NCBI GenBank assembly: GCA_012523545.1
Contig: JAAYIH010000009.1
Span: forward strand, 1,248 to 65,247
From: Bacillota bacterium
GTDB taxonomy: Bacteria; Bacillota; Proteinivoracia; UBA4975
Reading direction: 5' to 3'
Length of the DNA stretch: 64,000 nt
Made by a program: the position numbers and the translations under genes. Below, piece after piece: positions 43,081 to 52,910 of the stretch. The stretch's first letter is position 1, and each line of letters starts with the position of its first letter. The notes under the pieces are model-generated. The model ran no database searches and was not told the DNA's origin. It saw nothing but the letters and a program-made list of their open reading frames with translations.

Positions 43081-43259
43081 TGCGCCCCCCAATCCAGATA
43101 TACTGCCGAGAAGTTCTCCGCCCCGGGCCAAAAATCCTTTCCCGGCGCAGGACGAATCACTAAATAAATATTTAGAATTGTTCTTGCAGTGGGCTGTAAA
43201 TTGTGCTACCATACCCTTAATCATTAGCGGAACGACATCATGTTGCAAGGAGGGACGCT

Positions 43260-44210
43260 ATGCAGCCGGTATTGGAGTTTAACGAGGTAAACAAGAGGTT
43301 TTCCGCCGGAGGCAAGGCTGTCCAGGCCCTGGACAAGGTGAGCTTTCAGGTGCCTCCGGGGACGATCTTCGGCCTCCTGGGACCCAACGGCGCCGGCAAG
43401 ACCACCACCGTCAAAGCTGCCTGCGGTCTGGTTACGCCGGATTCCGGCTCCGTCACTGTGGGGGGCTGCGACATCCTGCGGCAACGCAACTCCGCCCTGG
43501 ACCAGGTGGCGGCGGTGCTGGAGGGAAACCGCAACATTTACTGGCGCCTCACCCCCCGGGAAAACCTGGAATTCTTTGCCGCCCTCCGGGGGCGCCGGCC
43601 CCGGGCGGTGAAAAGGGAAATTGACGACCTCTTGTGCCTCATGGATTTGGCGGAAAAGGCCAGAACCCCCGCCCGCAAGCTGTCCCGGGGCATGCAGCAA
43701 AAACTCGCCCTGGCCGTGGCCCTGGTCAGCGGCGCGCCCGTACTCCTCCTGGACGAGCCCACCCTGGGCCTGGATGTGCACACTTCCCTGGAAATCCGCA
43801 ACCACCTGCGCCGGATTGCCCGGGAGGAAGGCCGCACGGTGCTGGTTACCACCCACGACATGCACGTGGTGGAGGATATCTGCGCCCACGTGGTCATCAT
43901 CGACAAAGGACGGGTGGTGGCCAATGACAGCACGCAAAACCTGCTCCGGCTTTTCCGCTTCCGCTCCTACGATCTGACGGTGGGAGAACTGGCGCCCGAC
44001 CAGTGCGAAGCCCTGGCGCGCATCCCCCACCTGCACCTGGAAGAGAACAACGGCTCCTGGCAGATTTCCCTGGAGGTGGAAGACCACGCCCTGCTGTGGC
44101 AAGTGCTGGACATCCTCCGCACCCGGCACACCTCCATTGAAGCTATCCGCCGCCGGGAGCTGAATTTTGAGGGAGTCTTTATGGAGATCCTGGGGAGGTC
44201 GGAAACATGA
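43260..44210 (+). CDS. ABC transporter ATP-binding protein
   Basis: 316 aa. Walker A GPNGAGKTTTVKA. LSRGMQQKL. LLDEP. Candidate promoter TTGCAG-17-TGnTACCAT upstream. RBS AGGAGGG. Confidence 0.9.
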   Translation: MQPVLEFNEVNKRFSAGGKAVQALDKVSFQVPPGTIFGLLGPNGAGKTTTVKAACGLVTPDSGSVTVGGCDILRQRNSALDQVAAVLEGNRNIYWRLTPRENLEFFAALRGRRPRAVKREIDDLLCLMDLAEKARTPARKLSRGMQQKLALAVALVSGAPVLLLDEPTLGLDVHTSLEIRNHLRRIAREEGRTVLVTTHDMHVVEDICAHVVIIDKGRVVANDSTQNLLRLFRFRSYDLTVGELAPDQCEALARIPHLHLEENNGSWQISLEVEDHALLWQVLDILRTRHTSIEAIRRRELNFEGVFMEILGRSET

Positions 44211-45061
44211 GATTGGGTTTGGCTCTTATAGCTATGATAAAAAAAGAGCTGATTACGCGGTCCAGGTACATGGCCAATGCCCTGGGCACACTGATTACCC
44301 TCTACCTCGTCTTCATGCTCATGTTTCTGGGTGTGCAGGGCCTGGCCGGCGGGGCCATCATGGGCGACGGCCTGGAAAGCCTGGTGGTGGGCTATATAAC
44401 CTGGTTTGTCCTCCTCATCTCCTACCAGGCAGTCCCCTACACCATTTTGTCTGAAGCCCAGCAAGGCACCCTGGAACAGCTCTATACGGCGCCCCTGAGC
44501 TTCGGCGCCCTGGCAGCCTTTAAGCTCATCGCCGAAATCCTGGTGGACATGGTTTTAGCGGTCCTGCTTTTGCTCTTTATCATCGCCACTACGGGGACAA
44601 GCCTCCACCTGGATATCCCTTCCCTGCTGCCCTTGTTGCTGCTGGTCATCATCGGCGGCAGCGGCCTGGGCTTTCTCCTGGGCGGCGCGGCCCTGCTCAT
44701 CAAACGCGTTCAGCCCTACCTGCAAATCGTCCAGTTTGCCATCATCATCCTGGTGGCATCCCCCGTTAAGGGGGTGTGGCGCTGGCTGCCGGTAACCCTG
44801 CCTGCCCACTGGATGCGCCAGGTAATGGTCCGGGGCCAGGGTTTGTCCCAGGTACCCCTGCCCGATTGGCTTGCCATGATTGGAGCTCCCTCATCAGCCT
44901 CACCCTCGGCGTTGTCGTGTTCCGGCTTTGCGAACTGCGGGCCCGCCAACTGGGGATCATCGGCCACTTCTAGCACAGCGTGCGACAACGGCGCAACCGC
45001 AGTGAACCAAATGGCATTTGTTGTCGCTCATACCTGTGTCAATATGTATTGGGAGGATTGA
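44207..45061 (+). CDS. ABC-2 family permease with an apparent frameshift near 44880. The authentic C-terminus (...DWSSLISLTLGVVVFRLCELRARQLGIIGHF*) is in the +2 frame and ends at 44973.
   Basis: Frame 1 is a good 6-TM ABC-2 permease up to about residue 225, then becomes low-complexity (SASPSALSCSGFANCG...). A 14-nt segment containing the duplicated GATTGG (GATTGGcttgccatGATTGG) breaks the frame. Possible pseudogene or sequencing error. Confidence 0.6.
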   Translation: MRLGLALIAMIKKELITRSRYMANALGTLITLYLVFMLMFLGVQGLAGGAIMGDGLESLVVGYITWFVLLISYQAVPYTILSEAQQGTLEQLYTAPLSFGALAAFKLIAEILVDMVLAVLLLLFIIATTGTSLHLDIPSLLPLLLLVIIGGSGLGFLLGGAALLIKRVQPYLQIVQFAIIILVASPVKGVWRWLPVTLPAHWMRQVMVRGQGLSQVPLPDWLAMIGAPSSASPSALSCSGFANCGPANWGSSATSSTACDNGATAVNQMAFVVAHTCVNMYWED

Positions 45062-45064
45062 CCT

Positions 45065-45586
45065 ATGCAGAAAATTGTTGCCGCGGCTGTCCTGGCTGCC
45101 CTGTTCCTGGCCGGGTGTTCCGGCGCCAAGGGCGGCGATGCCGATCCGGCCGATATCTTTGCGGCCATCAAGGACCACGTCCGGGCAGACCTGGAAGCAG
45201 CCGGTTACAGTGATGAAGATTTTCAGCTGCAGGAACTGCCTGGTTACAGAATCGTTAATTTGCAGGGTGCCGATTTCGAGCAGTTGCCTCCTGGTATCCG
45301 CCCCGACGATTTCCGGGAAGGCTACATGCTTGAGGCCGACATGATGCTCAACGCCGACAGGATTATTCTCTTCCAGGCCGAAAAAGACAAAGCCGGCGCC
45401 ATCCAGGATGCCCTGGAGCTCTATCAGGCAGCCCAACTGCAAATGTGGGAACAGTACATGGCCGATCAGGCCGAGAAGGTGCGCAACACAATTATTTCTG
45501 CCCGGGGCGATCTGGTAATCTACATCACCTATCCTGATGCCGATGCCATTGCCGACATCTTCGCCAGGCATGCAGGGCGGCGGTAG
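45065..45586 (+). CDS. DUF4358-like lipoprotein
   Basis: 173 aa. Signal peptide with lipobox LFLAGC. Typical partner of MBOAT/DHHW O-acyltransferase genes. Confidence 0.7.
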   Translation: MQKIVAAAVLAALFLAGCSGAKGGDADPADIFAAIKDHVRADLEAAGYSDEDFQLQELPGYRIVNLQGADFEQLPPGIRPDDFREGYMLEADMMLNADRIILFQAEKDKAGAIQDALELYQAAQLQMWEQYMADQAEKVRNTIISARGDLVIYITYPDADAIADIFARHAGRR

Positions 45587-45609
45587 CGCCGCCCCGGGGG
45601 AGGAGTATC

Positions 45610-47016
45610 GTGGTTTTTAGCAGCCTGCTCTTTATATTTTACTTTCTTCCGGCGGCGCTGGGTCTGTACTACCTGGCGCCGCGCCGGTATAAAAACCTGG
45701 TCCTGTTTCTGTGCAGCCTCTTTTTTTATGCCTGGGGCGAACCGGTGTACATCGTGCTCATGCTCTTTTCCGCCGCCGTGGATTACAGCGCCGGCCGGCT
45801 GATGGGCAAGTATAACGGCAACAAGGCTGTCCGCCGCTGGTGCCTGACGGCTTCTGTGCTGGTCAATCTGAGCCTGCTGGGCTTTTTTAAGTACGCCGAT
45901 TTCCTCATCGCCAACCTGAATTTCCTGCTGGGCAGCCGCATTGCGCCCCTCAACCTGCCCCTTCCCATCGGCATTTCCTTTTACACTTTTCAGACCATGT
46001 CCTACACCATCGACGTCTACCGGGGCCAGACAGACGTGCAAAAAGATTTCATCGCCTTTGCCGCCTACGTCTCGCTGTTTCCCCAGCTCATCGCCGGCCC
46101 CATTGTCCGTTACAGCACCGTGGCCCACCAGCTCCGGCAGCGCAGCGTCGACGCAGAAAAATTCGCCCTGGGCATCAAGCGCTTTGCCGTGGGCCTGGGC
46201 AAAAAAGTGCTGCTGGCCAACAACATCGGCCAGCTTTGGGCACAGATCAAAGATACTGCGCCGGCCGACCTGCCCGTGCTGACGGCCTGGCTGGGCATCG
46301 TCGCCTTCGCCTTTCAAATCTATTACGATTTCAGCGGCTATTCGGACATGGCCATTGGCCTGGGCAAGATGTTTGGCTTCGATTTTCTGGAGAACTTCAA
46401 TTATCCCTACATCGCCCGCTCGGTGGCGGAATTCTGGCGGCGCTGGCACATTTCCCTGGGCACCTGGTTCCGGGACTACCTCTACATTCCCCTGGGGGGC
46501 AACCGGGGCGGCGCCGCCAAAGCGGCGCGCAATCTCCTGATTGTCTGGTTCGCCACCGGCTTTTGGCACGGCGCCAGCTGGAATTTCGTGCTGTGGGGCC
46601 TGTACTTCGGCGCCCTGATCGTGCTGGAACGCCTTTTTTTGCAAGCCTGGCTGCGCCGCCTGCCCGCCGTCCTCAGCCACCTCTACCTGTTGCTGGCGGT
46701 GTGTTTCGGGTGGGTCATCTTTGAATTCAACGGCCCCCAGGCCCTGGCCTACCTCCGGGTGATGCTTGGGCTGGGGAACAATGCCCTGCTCGACCCCGGA
46801 CTGATATACATGCTGGCCACCAACGGGGTGCTCCTGGTCATCCTCGGCCTCGGCGCCACCCCCCTGCCCAACGCCCTGTGGGAAAAGGTCATTGCACCCA
46901 GGGGGAAAAGGCGGGGAGCAGTGCTGGCCCCGGCTTTCTGCCTGCTCATCCTCGTCGTCGCCACCGCATACCTGGTGGACTCCAGCTACAACCCCTTCCT
47001 GTACTTCCGCTTTTAG
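45610..47016 (+). CDS. MBOAT-family membrane-bound O-acyltransferase (AlgI/DltB/PatA-like)
   Basis: 468 aa polytopic. MVFSSLLFIFYFLPAALGLYY...FFYAWGEP...FWRRWHISLGTWFRDYLYIPLGGNRG is the MBOAT His motif region. Confidence 0.85.
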   Translation: MVFSSLLFIFYFLPAALGLYYLAPRRYKNLVLFLCSLFFYAWGEPVYIVLMLFSAAVDYSAGRLMGKYNGNKAVRRWCLTASVLVNLSLLGFFKYADFLIANLNFLLGSRIAPLNLPLPIGISFYTFQTMSYTIDVYRGQTDVQKDFIAFAAYVSLFPQLIAGPIVRYSTVAHQLRQRSVDAEKFALGIKRFAVGLGKKVLLANNIGQLWAQIKDTAPADLPVLTAWLGIVAFAFQIYYDFSGYSDMAIGLGKMFGFDFLENFNYPYIARSVAEFWRRWHISLGTWFRDYLYIPLGGNRGGAAKAARNLLIVWFATGFWHGASWNFVLWGLYFGALIVLERLFLQAWLRRLPAVLSHLYLLLAVCFGWVIFEFNGPQALAYLRVMLGLGNNALLDPGLIYMLATNGVLLVILGLGATPLPNALWEKVIAPRGKRRGAVLAPAFCLLILVVATAYLVDSSYNPFLYFRF

Positions 47017-47028
47017 GAGGGATGCCAA

Positions 47029-48150
47029 GTGCAGCGCCTATCCGACCGCTTGCTGATAACGGCCTTTGTCCTCTTTCTGGCCGCGATGCTCCTGCTCAAC
47101 ATAGCCACAGTTGACCGCGCCTTTTCGGAGCGGGAAAACCGCTACCTGACCCGGCGCCCGGAACTCAGTCTCAGCTCGGTGTTTTCCGGCCGCTTTTCCC
47201 GCCGCTTTGAAGAATACATCACCGACCAGTTTGTCTTCCGGGATCAGTGGGTGTTCCTCAAAGCCGATGTGGAGCGGTTGCTGTTGCGCACCGAAAACAA
47301 CGGGATTTTTCTGGGCAGGGACGGCTGGCTGCTGGAAAACTTCCAGCGCCCCGGGCCTGCCCTGGCCCGCAACATCCAGGGCATCAACCGGTTTGCCGAC
47401 GCCTTCCCGGACATCCGCATCCACGTCCTCCTGGCGCCCACCTCGGCGGCGGTGTACCCGGAAAAGTTGCCGCCCCTGGCCGCCGTCTGGGACCAGCGCC
47501 AGGTGCTGGCCGAAGTGGCACAAAGTCTCCGTCCCGGCATTGCATTTGTCCCCGTCCTGGACGCCCTCAGGGCAAGGCGGGACGAGTACCTGTATTTCCG
47601 CACCGATCACCACTGGACTATGACCGGAGCCTACTACGCCTACCGCGAACTGGCGGACGCCCTGGGTTTTTCACCCCTGGCCCCCGAGGAGTTTCACCGG
47701 GAAACTGTGGCCCGGGACTTCCAGGGCACTTACAGTGCCAAGGCCAATCGCCGCCGCATCCGCGGCGACGCCCTGGAGGCCTGGCGGCCGCGCACGCCCC
47801 GACCGCTGACCATCACCTTCAACGACCGCCCGGGCAGCTTTGACAGCCTCTTTTTTCCCCGGCACCTGGAGGGCCGCAACAAGTACGACTATTTCCTGGA
47901 CGGCAACCACCCCCTGGCGGTAATCAAAACCAGCCGGCCCGGGGGCAAGCTGGCGGTGTGCAAGGACTCTTTTGCCCACGCCCTGCTGCCTTTTCTGGCC
48001 CAGCATTACGCCGAAATTCACGTCATCGACCTGCGCTTTTTTACCGCCTCCCTGGAACAGTACATCCGGCAGCAGGAAATAGACCAGGTCCTGTTTCTAT
48101 ACGGCCTTTCCGCTTTTGCCAGCGACGCCGGCCTCACCAGCTTCCGCTGA
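47029..48150 (+). CDS. DHHW-family protein (AlgX/AlgJ-like SGNH partner of MBOAT)
   Basis: 373 aa. N-terminal TM anchor. FRTDHHWT is the eponymous DHHW motif. Confidence 0.8.
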   Translation: MQRLSDRLLITAFVLFLAAMLLLNIATVDRAFSERENRYLTRRPELSLSSVFSGRFSRRFEEYITDQFVFRDQWVFLKADVERLLLRTENNGIFLGRDGWLLENFQRPGPALARNIQGINRFADAFPDIRIHVLLAPTSAAVYPEKLPPLAAVWDQRQVLAEVAQSLRPGIAFVPVLDALRARRDEYLYFRTDHHWTMTGAYYAYRELADALGFSPLAPEEFHRETVARDFQGTYSAKANRRRIRGDALEAWRPRTPRPLTITFNDRPGSFDSLFFPRHLEGRNKYDYFLDGNHPLAVIKTSRPGGKLAVCKDSFAHALLPFLAQHYAEIHVIDLRFFTASLEQYIRQQEIDQVLFLYGLSAFASDAGLTSFR

Positions 48151-48209
48151 CGCGTCCGGCGGGACGGTTACAGGGCGGCCGTTGGCGCATACTAGTACGA
48201 GGTGATTGC

Positions 48210-48785
48210 ATGACTCCCCTGGTTTTGGCATACGGCGACGTCATCCTCCGTGACCGCATTCCTGCCGATATCGCCGACCACCGGCGCTGGCTGACTTCTG
48301 AAACGGCCTGGCTGGAATGGGACGCTCCCTGGGAAAAGATCGATGAGCGCTGGGTGCAAAAGTACCTGCAGCGCATGGCGGAAACCCTCCGCCGCCCCCT
48401 GCCGCCCGTTCGCTCCACCCTGGAAATCTGCCATCGCGACGGCACCCACATCGGCATGGTCAATGCTTATTACATCGACGGCGACAAAGAGAAACCGGCG
48501 GTTGGCATTACCCTGCGGGAAAGCAGGTACTGGGGCCGGGGCCTGGGCAGCCAGGCCTTCCCCCTCTGGCTGGATTACCTGTTCCGCGCCGGCGGCTACC
48601 CGCGCCTTTACTGCCAAACCTGGTCGGGCAATACCCGCATGGTCCGGCTGGCTTTAAAATGCGGCTTCCGGGAATCCCAGCGCCTGGTCAATTGCCGGGA
48701 AGTGCAGGGGCGGCGGTACGACGCCCTGACCTTCGTCCTGTCCCGCTGCCGGTTTGCCGGCCTGCCCGTCCCTGACCGGCGGTGA
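48210..48785 (+). CDS. GNAT-family N-acetyltransferase
   Basis: MTPLVLAYGDVILRDRIPADIADHRRWLT...IGITLRESRYWGRGLGSQAF is the GNAT motif A region. GGTGA RBS. Confidence 0.75.
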   Translation: MTPLVLAYGDVILRDRIPADIADHRRWLTSETAWLEWDAPWEKIDERWVQKYLQRMAETLRRPLPPVRSTLEICHRDGTHIGMVNAYYIDGDKEKPAVGITLRESRYWGRGLGSQAFPLWLDYLFRAGGYPRLYCQTWSGNTRMVRLALKCGFRESQRLVNCREVQGRRYDALTFVLSRCRFAGLPVPDRR

Positions 48786-48803
48786 TGTTCCCTCTTTACC
48801 AGC

Positions 48804-48835
48804 AAAAAGCCCGCTTCAAGCGGGCTTTTGTCTTT
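48804..48835. terminator. Bidirectional intrinsic terminator between convergent genes
   Basis: AAAAAGCCCGC-TTCAA-GCGGGCTTTTGTCTTT. Confidence 0.65.
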
Positions 48836-48836
48836 G

Positions 48837-49691
48837 CTATCTCCGGGCATCCAGGTACCGGGCAGCGCTGAGGGCGGCCACCTGGCCTTCGCCGACGGCT
48901 TTGGCCAGCTGGTACGGACGGCCGGTTACGTCGCCGGCGGCAAAGAGGCCGGGGATGTTGGTGGCCATGTCCCGGTCCACCTTGATGTGCTTGTCTTCCA
49001 GGGCCAGGCCGGGGACGATTTGGGTGGCGGGCAGCTGTTCCTTGTGGAAGAAACAGCCGTCCACTGCCAGCTCCCGGCCGGATTTGAGAACGAGCCGCTC
49101 CAGCCGTGTGCTGCCTGCAAGTTCAGCGGGCTTATCTTCCAGTATTTCCACGCTGTCCGCGACCCGGTACTCGCCCTGGTAAAGGGGGAGGTACCAAACC
49201 CGGTCCGCCAGCTGGGCCAGCAAATTTACTTCCTCTTCGCCCTCGGGGGAATCGGCTACAACGGCCACCCGCTTGCCCTTATAAAAATTCCCGTCGCAGG
49301 TGGCGCAGTAGCTGACGCCGCGGCCAATGAACTCCACTTCCCCGGGCAACGGCCGGGCGATGCCCACCCCGGTGGTGATTATCAGCGTGCGGGCCTGGAC
49401 AGTCTCCTGGCGCAGCTGGAGTTCAAAGTAATCGCCCATGGGGTAGACTGCAGTGATGGCTTCGGTGCTGGGCACGATCCCCTGGGCCCGGGCATGGTCG
49501 AGGAAACGCTGGCGCAGCTCTTCACCCCGGATACCCGGGAAACCCAGGTAGTTGTCAATGCGGTGCGCCTTGTGCAGGGCCGGGCTGCACAGTTTGGCGC
49601 CGAACACCTTTACTTCCTTGCCCCGGGATCGGGCGTTGATGGCCGCTGACAGCCCCGCCGGGCCGCAGCCGATGACAGCAATATCCAACAC
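48837..49691 (-). CDS. trxB: Thioredoxin-reductase-like FAD/NAD(P)-dependent disulfide oxidoreductase
   Basis: VLDIAVIGCGPAGLSAA... with the CATCDG redox motif and ...GLFAAGDV. GTG start at 49689-49691 with GGAGGG RBS. The ORF-track TTG start at 49727 is less likely. Confidence 0.8.
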   Translation of the reverse strand: MLDIAVIGCGPAGLSAAINARSRGKEVKVFGAKLCSPALHKAHRIDNYLGFPGIRGEELRQRFLDHARAQGIVPSTEAITAVYPMGDYFELQLRQETVQARTLIITTGVGIARPLPGEVEFIGRGVSYCATCDGNFYKGKRVAVVADSPEGEEEVNLLAQLADRVWYLPLYQGEYRVADSVEILEDKPAELAGSTRLERLVLKSGRELAVDGCFFHKEQLPATQIVPGLALEDKHIKVDRDMATNIPGLFAAGDVTGRPYQLAKAVGEGQVAALSAARYLDARR

Positions 49692-49749
49692 AGTGCTCCC
49701 TCCTCTCAGTATTGTGGCCGCTAACAAAAATGCCCCGAGGGCATTTTTG

Positions 49750-51747
49750 TCAGTCCAGAGCGGTCAGCTGGGTGCCGGGGAAATAATGGGCAAGGATTTC
49801 CTCCAGGGACCAGCCCTGGCGGGCCAGTTCCCGGACCCCGTACTGGCTCATGCCCACGCCGTGCCCGAAGCCGCCGCCATAGAAAGTTACTTTTTCCAGG
49901 GCCTCATCGCCCTGGGTTTCCCAAATCACGTGGGCGCTGGGCAGCAAACTGTAATTGTTCAGGGTGCTGCCGTCGTGGCGCACCAGCGTAATGGGCCGCT
50001 GGGCGCTGCCCTGGGGACGCAGGACGTGACGAATGTAGTATTCCCGCTTTACCCGCCAAGTACCGTTGCTGCCGACGATATCAACCCACATGAGGACGCC
50101 TCCCTCGCCCCTGCGGGCAGGAATCAGTTCCAGCAACTGGCCCACGGGGTCGTCGGGAATCTCTTCCACCGTTTCAAATTTTCCGTCCGCGTTCTGCCGC
50201 TCCACCGTTTTCTCGTTGACAACAAATACGCTCTTCAGGTTGTCGGCTATAATTTCCTGAAGCTGGTCGGCCGGCACAGTAAAATGCCAGCGGAACCAGG
50301 GCGAAGCCTCATCGTAGCAGCCCGGAGGAGGGTTGTGGATGAAATCGGCATAGTTTTCTTCGCTGTATTCCTCTCCCCCGGGAAATTGCGCTTTGCTCAT
50401 CAGCCAGGGTTTCGGCGTGCCCGGAAAAGCCTCGTTTCCGCCGGTTCCTTCGCCCCATACCTCATGGTAACTGGCAGTATACCCGCTGCTGGTGGAAAAA
50501 TACCGCACCAGCGCCGGCTTGCCGTCCCGGGCGAGGTACTGCCCCCGGGTAGACTCCACCGCTGCCCGGGCGGCGGCAGTGGTTCCGGAGTTATTGTAGA
50601 CCTGGCTGAGGACGCTGTCCACCACGTGGGCAGAAGTGGCTCTCCACTGGGAAGCATAGAGGTTGCCCAAAGCGTAAGTCCTGGCCACCACGGCCTGAAC
50701 GGCCAGGGCCTGCGGACCAAAGGACTCGGGCATCTCCCCGGGCAAGACATAGCAGAGGTATTCCTCCAGGGGAACTTCATTGACTATCACCAGATTCCCG
50801 CCCATATTGGCCACTTCGATGGTGCCGGGATAACTGGGAACGCCCTGGGCCCTGATGACAGAGGGCAATCGCAGCTTTCCCTGCGCCTCCAGGGGCGTGA
50901 AGATTAACCGATGCTGAAAAGTTTCGGTTCCCATCAGCAGGAAATCCCCCTGGGCGCGAAGGGTAACGGAGCCGGGTTCCAAATCCAGGCTCCTGCCCGT
51001 CACCGCCTCGACGACCTGCCACCGGCCCGAGCAGGCAATTTCCACCTGGGCATGGTGAATTCCCCCAAATCCGGTGGTGTTGATGTTGACGCGAATGACG
51101 TCGGGCACGTACTCCTGGGTGAGCACGGCCGCAGCCACACGGCCTTCCCGCCCGTACAGGTTCAAGGCGTCCATGCCCACCACCGGTGCAACTTCTTTAC
51201 CCTGGAAGAAGACGGTAAAGTACTCCGCCAGGTCCTGCCAGCCCAGATGCAGCCATTCGGCCCGCTTGTCCTCCTCCAGCAAGGTGAGGAGTTTGTCGTG
51301 GCCCATGGGCTCCAGGGGCTTGGTCAGGGCGGCGTCGCCGACAGTCAGCGCCAGCAGGGGCTGGTTTTGTCCCGCAGTCACCGATACCTGGGAAGGAGGA
51401 GCGTCCTTCGGCTGCCACCGATTCCCCCGCCGCTCCAGACTCAACGCAAAGCCGGCTTTGCGTCCCCCCTGCTCCAGGATGATTTCCGCCCGGGCCTTGA
51501 GGTCCCAGGTCAGGCGCACCTTGCCCACGGAATAGAGGGGCATGCCGAATTCCTGCAGGTTTTCCGCCAGCTCGACTAAGGAACCCGACAGCCCGGCTGT
51601 CTTTTCAGCAGCCAGATTATCCATAAACTCAGCGGCGGCCAGCCGGGCGGAATGGGTCATATTCCCCACCCACCAGGCGAAGACCAGAAAAGCCGCCGCC
51701 GCCAGAACCAAGAGCACTGTTGTCACTCTGCCCGCCTGTTTGGACAT
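49750..51747 (-). CDS. SpoIID/LytB-domain protein with a long N-terminal extension
   Basis: 665 aa. N-terminal TM. C-terminal ...KVTFYGGGFGHGVGMSQYGVRELARQGWSLEEIL is the SpoIID/LytB signature. Confidence 0.8.
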   Translation of the reverse strand: MSKQAGRVTTVLLVLAAAAFLVFAWWVGNMTHSARLAAAEFMDNLAAEKTAGLSGSLVELAENLQEFGMPLYSVGKVRLTWDLKARAEIILEQGGRKAGFALSLERRGNRWQPKDAPPSQVSVTAGQNQPLLALTVGDAALTKPLEPMGHDKLLTLLEEDKRAEWLHLGWQDLAEYFTVFFQGKEVAPVVGMDALNLYGREGRVAAAVLTQEYVPDVIRVNINTTGFGGIHHAQVEIACSGRWQVVEAVTGRSLDLEPGSVTLRAQGDFLLMGTETFQHRLIFTPLEAQGKLRLPSVIRAQGVPSYPGTIEVANMGGNLVIVNEVPLEEYLCYVLPGEMPESFGPQALAVQAVVARTYALGNLYASQWRATSAHVVDSVLSQVYNNSGTTAAARAAVESTRGQYLARDGKPALVRYFSTSSGYTASYHEVWGEGTGGNEAFPGTPKPWLMSKAQFPGGEEYSEENYADFIHNPPPGCYDEASPWFRWHFTVPADQLQEIIADNLKSVFVVNEKTVERQNADGKFETVEEIPDDPVGQLLELIPARRGEGGVLMWVDIVGSNGTWRVKREYYIRHVLRPQGSAQRPITLVRHDGSTLNNYSLLPSAHVIWETQGDEALEKVTFYGGGFGHGVGMSQYGVRELARQGWSLEEILAHYFPGTQLTALD

Positions 51748-51800
51748 TTTATCCCCCCACTTCAGCCTTTCGTTTTATAAAAAAAGGACCACAGCGGCCC

Positions 51801-52478
51801 TTACTCAGCGTACTCGTATAGTCTTATGCTGTCCAGTATGTGCGGGAAAAAGGATGCGTACTGGGCATGCAGACCGCTTTGATAAGAAAGGGTAATCAGA
51901 TAAGTGTAAGTCTGGGTCTGCTTGTTGCGGTCAGTCAGGGAACGGCGGAAGTAAATCTGATGCTTTCTCAGCATGTAACCCGCTTCAATACCTTCGGCAA
52001 CGGTGTAGCTTGCCTCGCCAAAGCCGGGCAGGGTTACCGACTCCTGGCTGAGGACGCGAAAAACATGAGGCTTGTTGTCGATGCGGTACTGATCCGGGTT
52101 CAGGGTAATGGCGCTGATAATATGGATATCCAGGGTCGCCCGCAGTTCGTCTTTGAGGACAAATTGGGATTGGGCGTCATAGTACAGGCTCCAGCCGATG
52201 CCGGGGACATCCATGGAAATACCGTAGGGATCGAATTTCATGGGAACCCACTCACGGCCTTCAGGGTTATAGGCGTGACCGACATTCTTGTCGGGAGCGT
52301 CGTGGATAAAAATTGCGTAGCCGGCGCCGCCGAGCAACAGCGCCACCAGGACAATGACCAGAATGGTGATAACCCTGGTGCTGCTTCCGGAGCGTTTGGA
52401 AGTCTTTAAGGAGCGACCGCAGTTGCTGCAGGATTTCGCAGTATCAGCCACCTCTGTGCCGCATTCCGGGCAAAGCAT
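51801..52478 (-). CDS. Zn-ribbon, TM and extracellular-domain protein; hypothetical
   Basis: MLCPECGTEVADTAKSCSNCG is a zinc ribbon. Single TM ITILVIVLVALLLGGAGYAIF. Strong RBS GAGGGGGG. Confidence 0.6.
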   Translation of the reverse strand: MLCPECGTEVADTAKSCSNCGRSLKTSKRSGSSTRVITILVIVLVALLLGGAGYAIFIHDAPDKNVGHAYNPEGREWVPMKFDPYGISMDVPGIGWSLYYDAQSQFVLKDELRATLDIHIISAITLNPDQYRIDNKPHVFRVLSQESVTLPGFGEASYTVAEGIEAGYMLRKHQIYFRRSLTDRNKQTQTYTYLITLSYQSGLHAQYASFFPHILDSIRLYEYAE

Positions 52479-52560
52479 TAATTTTCCCCCCTCAGAGGAT
52501 TGTAGTCTCTTCCTAATTCTACATAACTGTTGTCAAATCCTCCCAGAGGGAAAAACAATT

Positions 52561-52770
52561 TTAAGTCTCCGCCGGGTTCCTGGCAAAAAATATCTTCAGC
52601 TCTGCGTCCTGTCTTCTGGGAACCAAGTACAGGCAGGTCTGGGCGTCCCAGCGCTCTTTGACAGGATAGACAATCATCTGCGCTTCCCGCCGGTCCTTGA
52701 CCACCCAGGCCCGCGCATCGGCTTCCCAATGCTTGTCCACCAAGTACACCTTCACAGCCAACACCCTCAC
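52561..52770 (-). CDS. Small hypothetical protein (about 67-69 aa)
   Basis: GTG starts at 52770 or 52764 with GGAGG. Preceded by a consensus promoter. Confidence 0.5.
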   Translation of the reverse strand: MRVLAVKVYLVDKHWEADARAWVVKDRREAQMIVYPVKERWDAQTCLYLVPRRQDAELKIFFARNPAET

Positions 52771-52796
52771 CCTCCTGTGCCTGTTCTCCGCTCTAT

Positions 52797-52824
52797 TATA
52801 CAGAAGGGGCGAAATTTGTCAAAT
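52797..52824 (-). promoter_or_regulatory. Near-consensus sigma-A promoter TTGACA-16-TATAAT
   Basis: Minus strand, immediately upstream of the small gene and downstream of the neighbouring terminator. Confidence 0.65.
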
Positions 52825-52857
52825 CCCGTCCGGGCATTTAATTTTTCACTGGCAGCA

Positions 52858-52890
52858 TCAAAAACAAAAAAGCAAGGCCATGGCCTTGCT
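52858..52890 (-). terminator. Rho-independent terminator
   Basis: Perfect palindrome GCAAGGCCATGGCCTTGC followed by UUUUUUGUUUUUG on the minus strand. Confidence 0.7.
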
Positions 52891-52910
52891 CCCGATCGAA
52901 AAAAGCCCGG

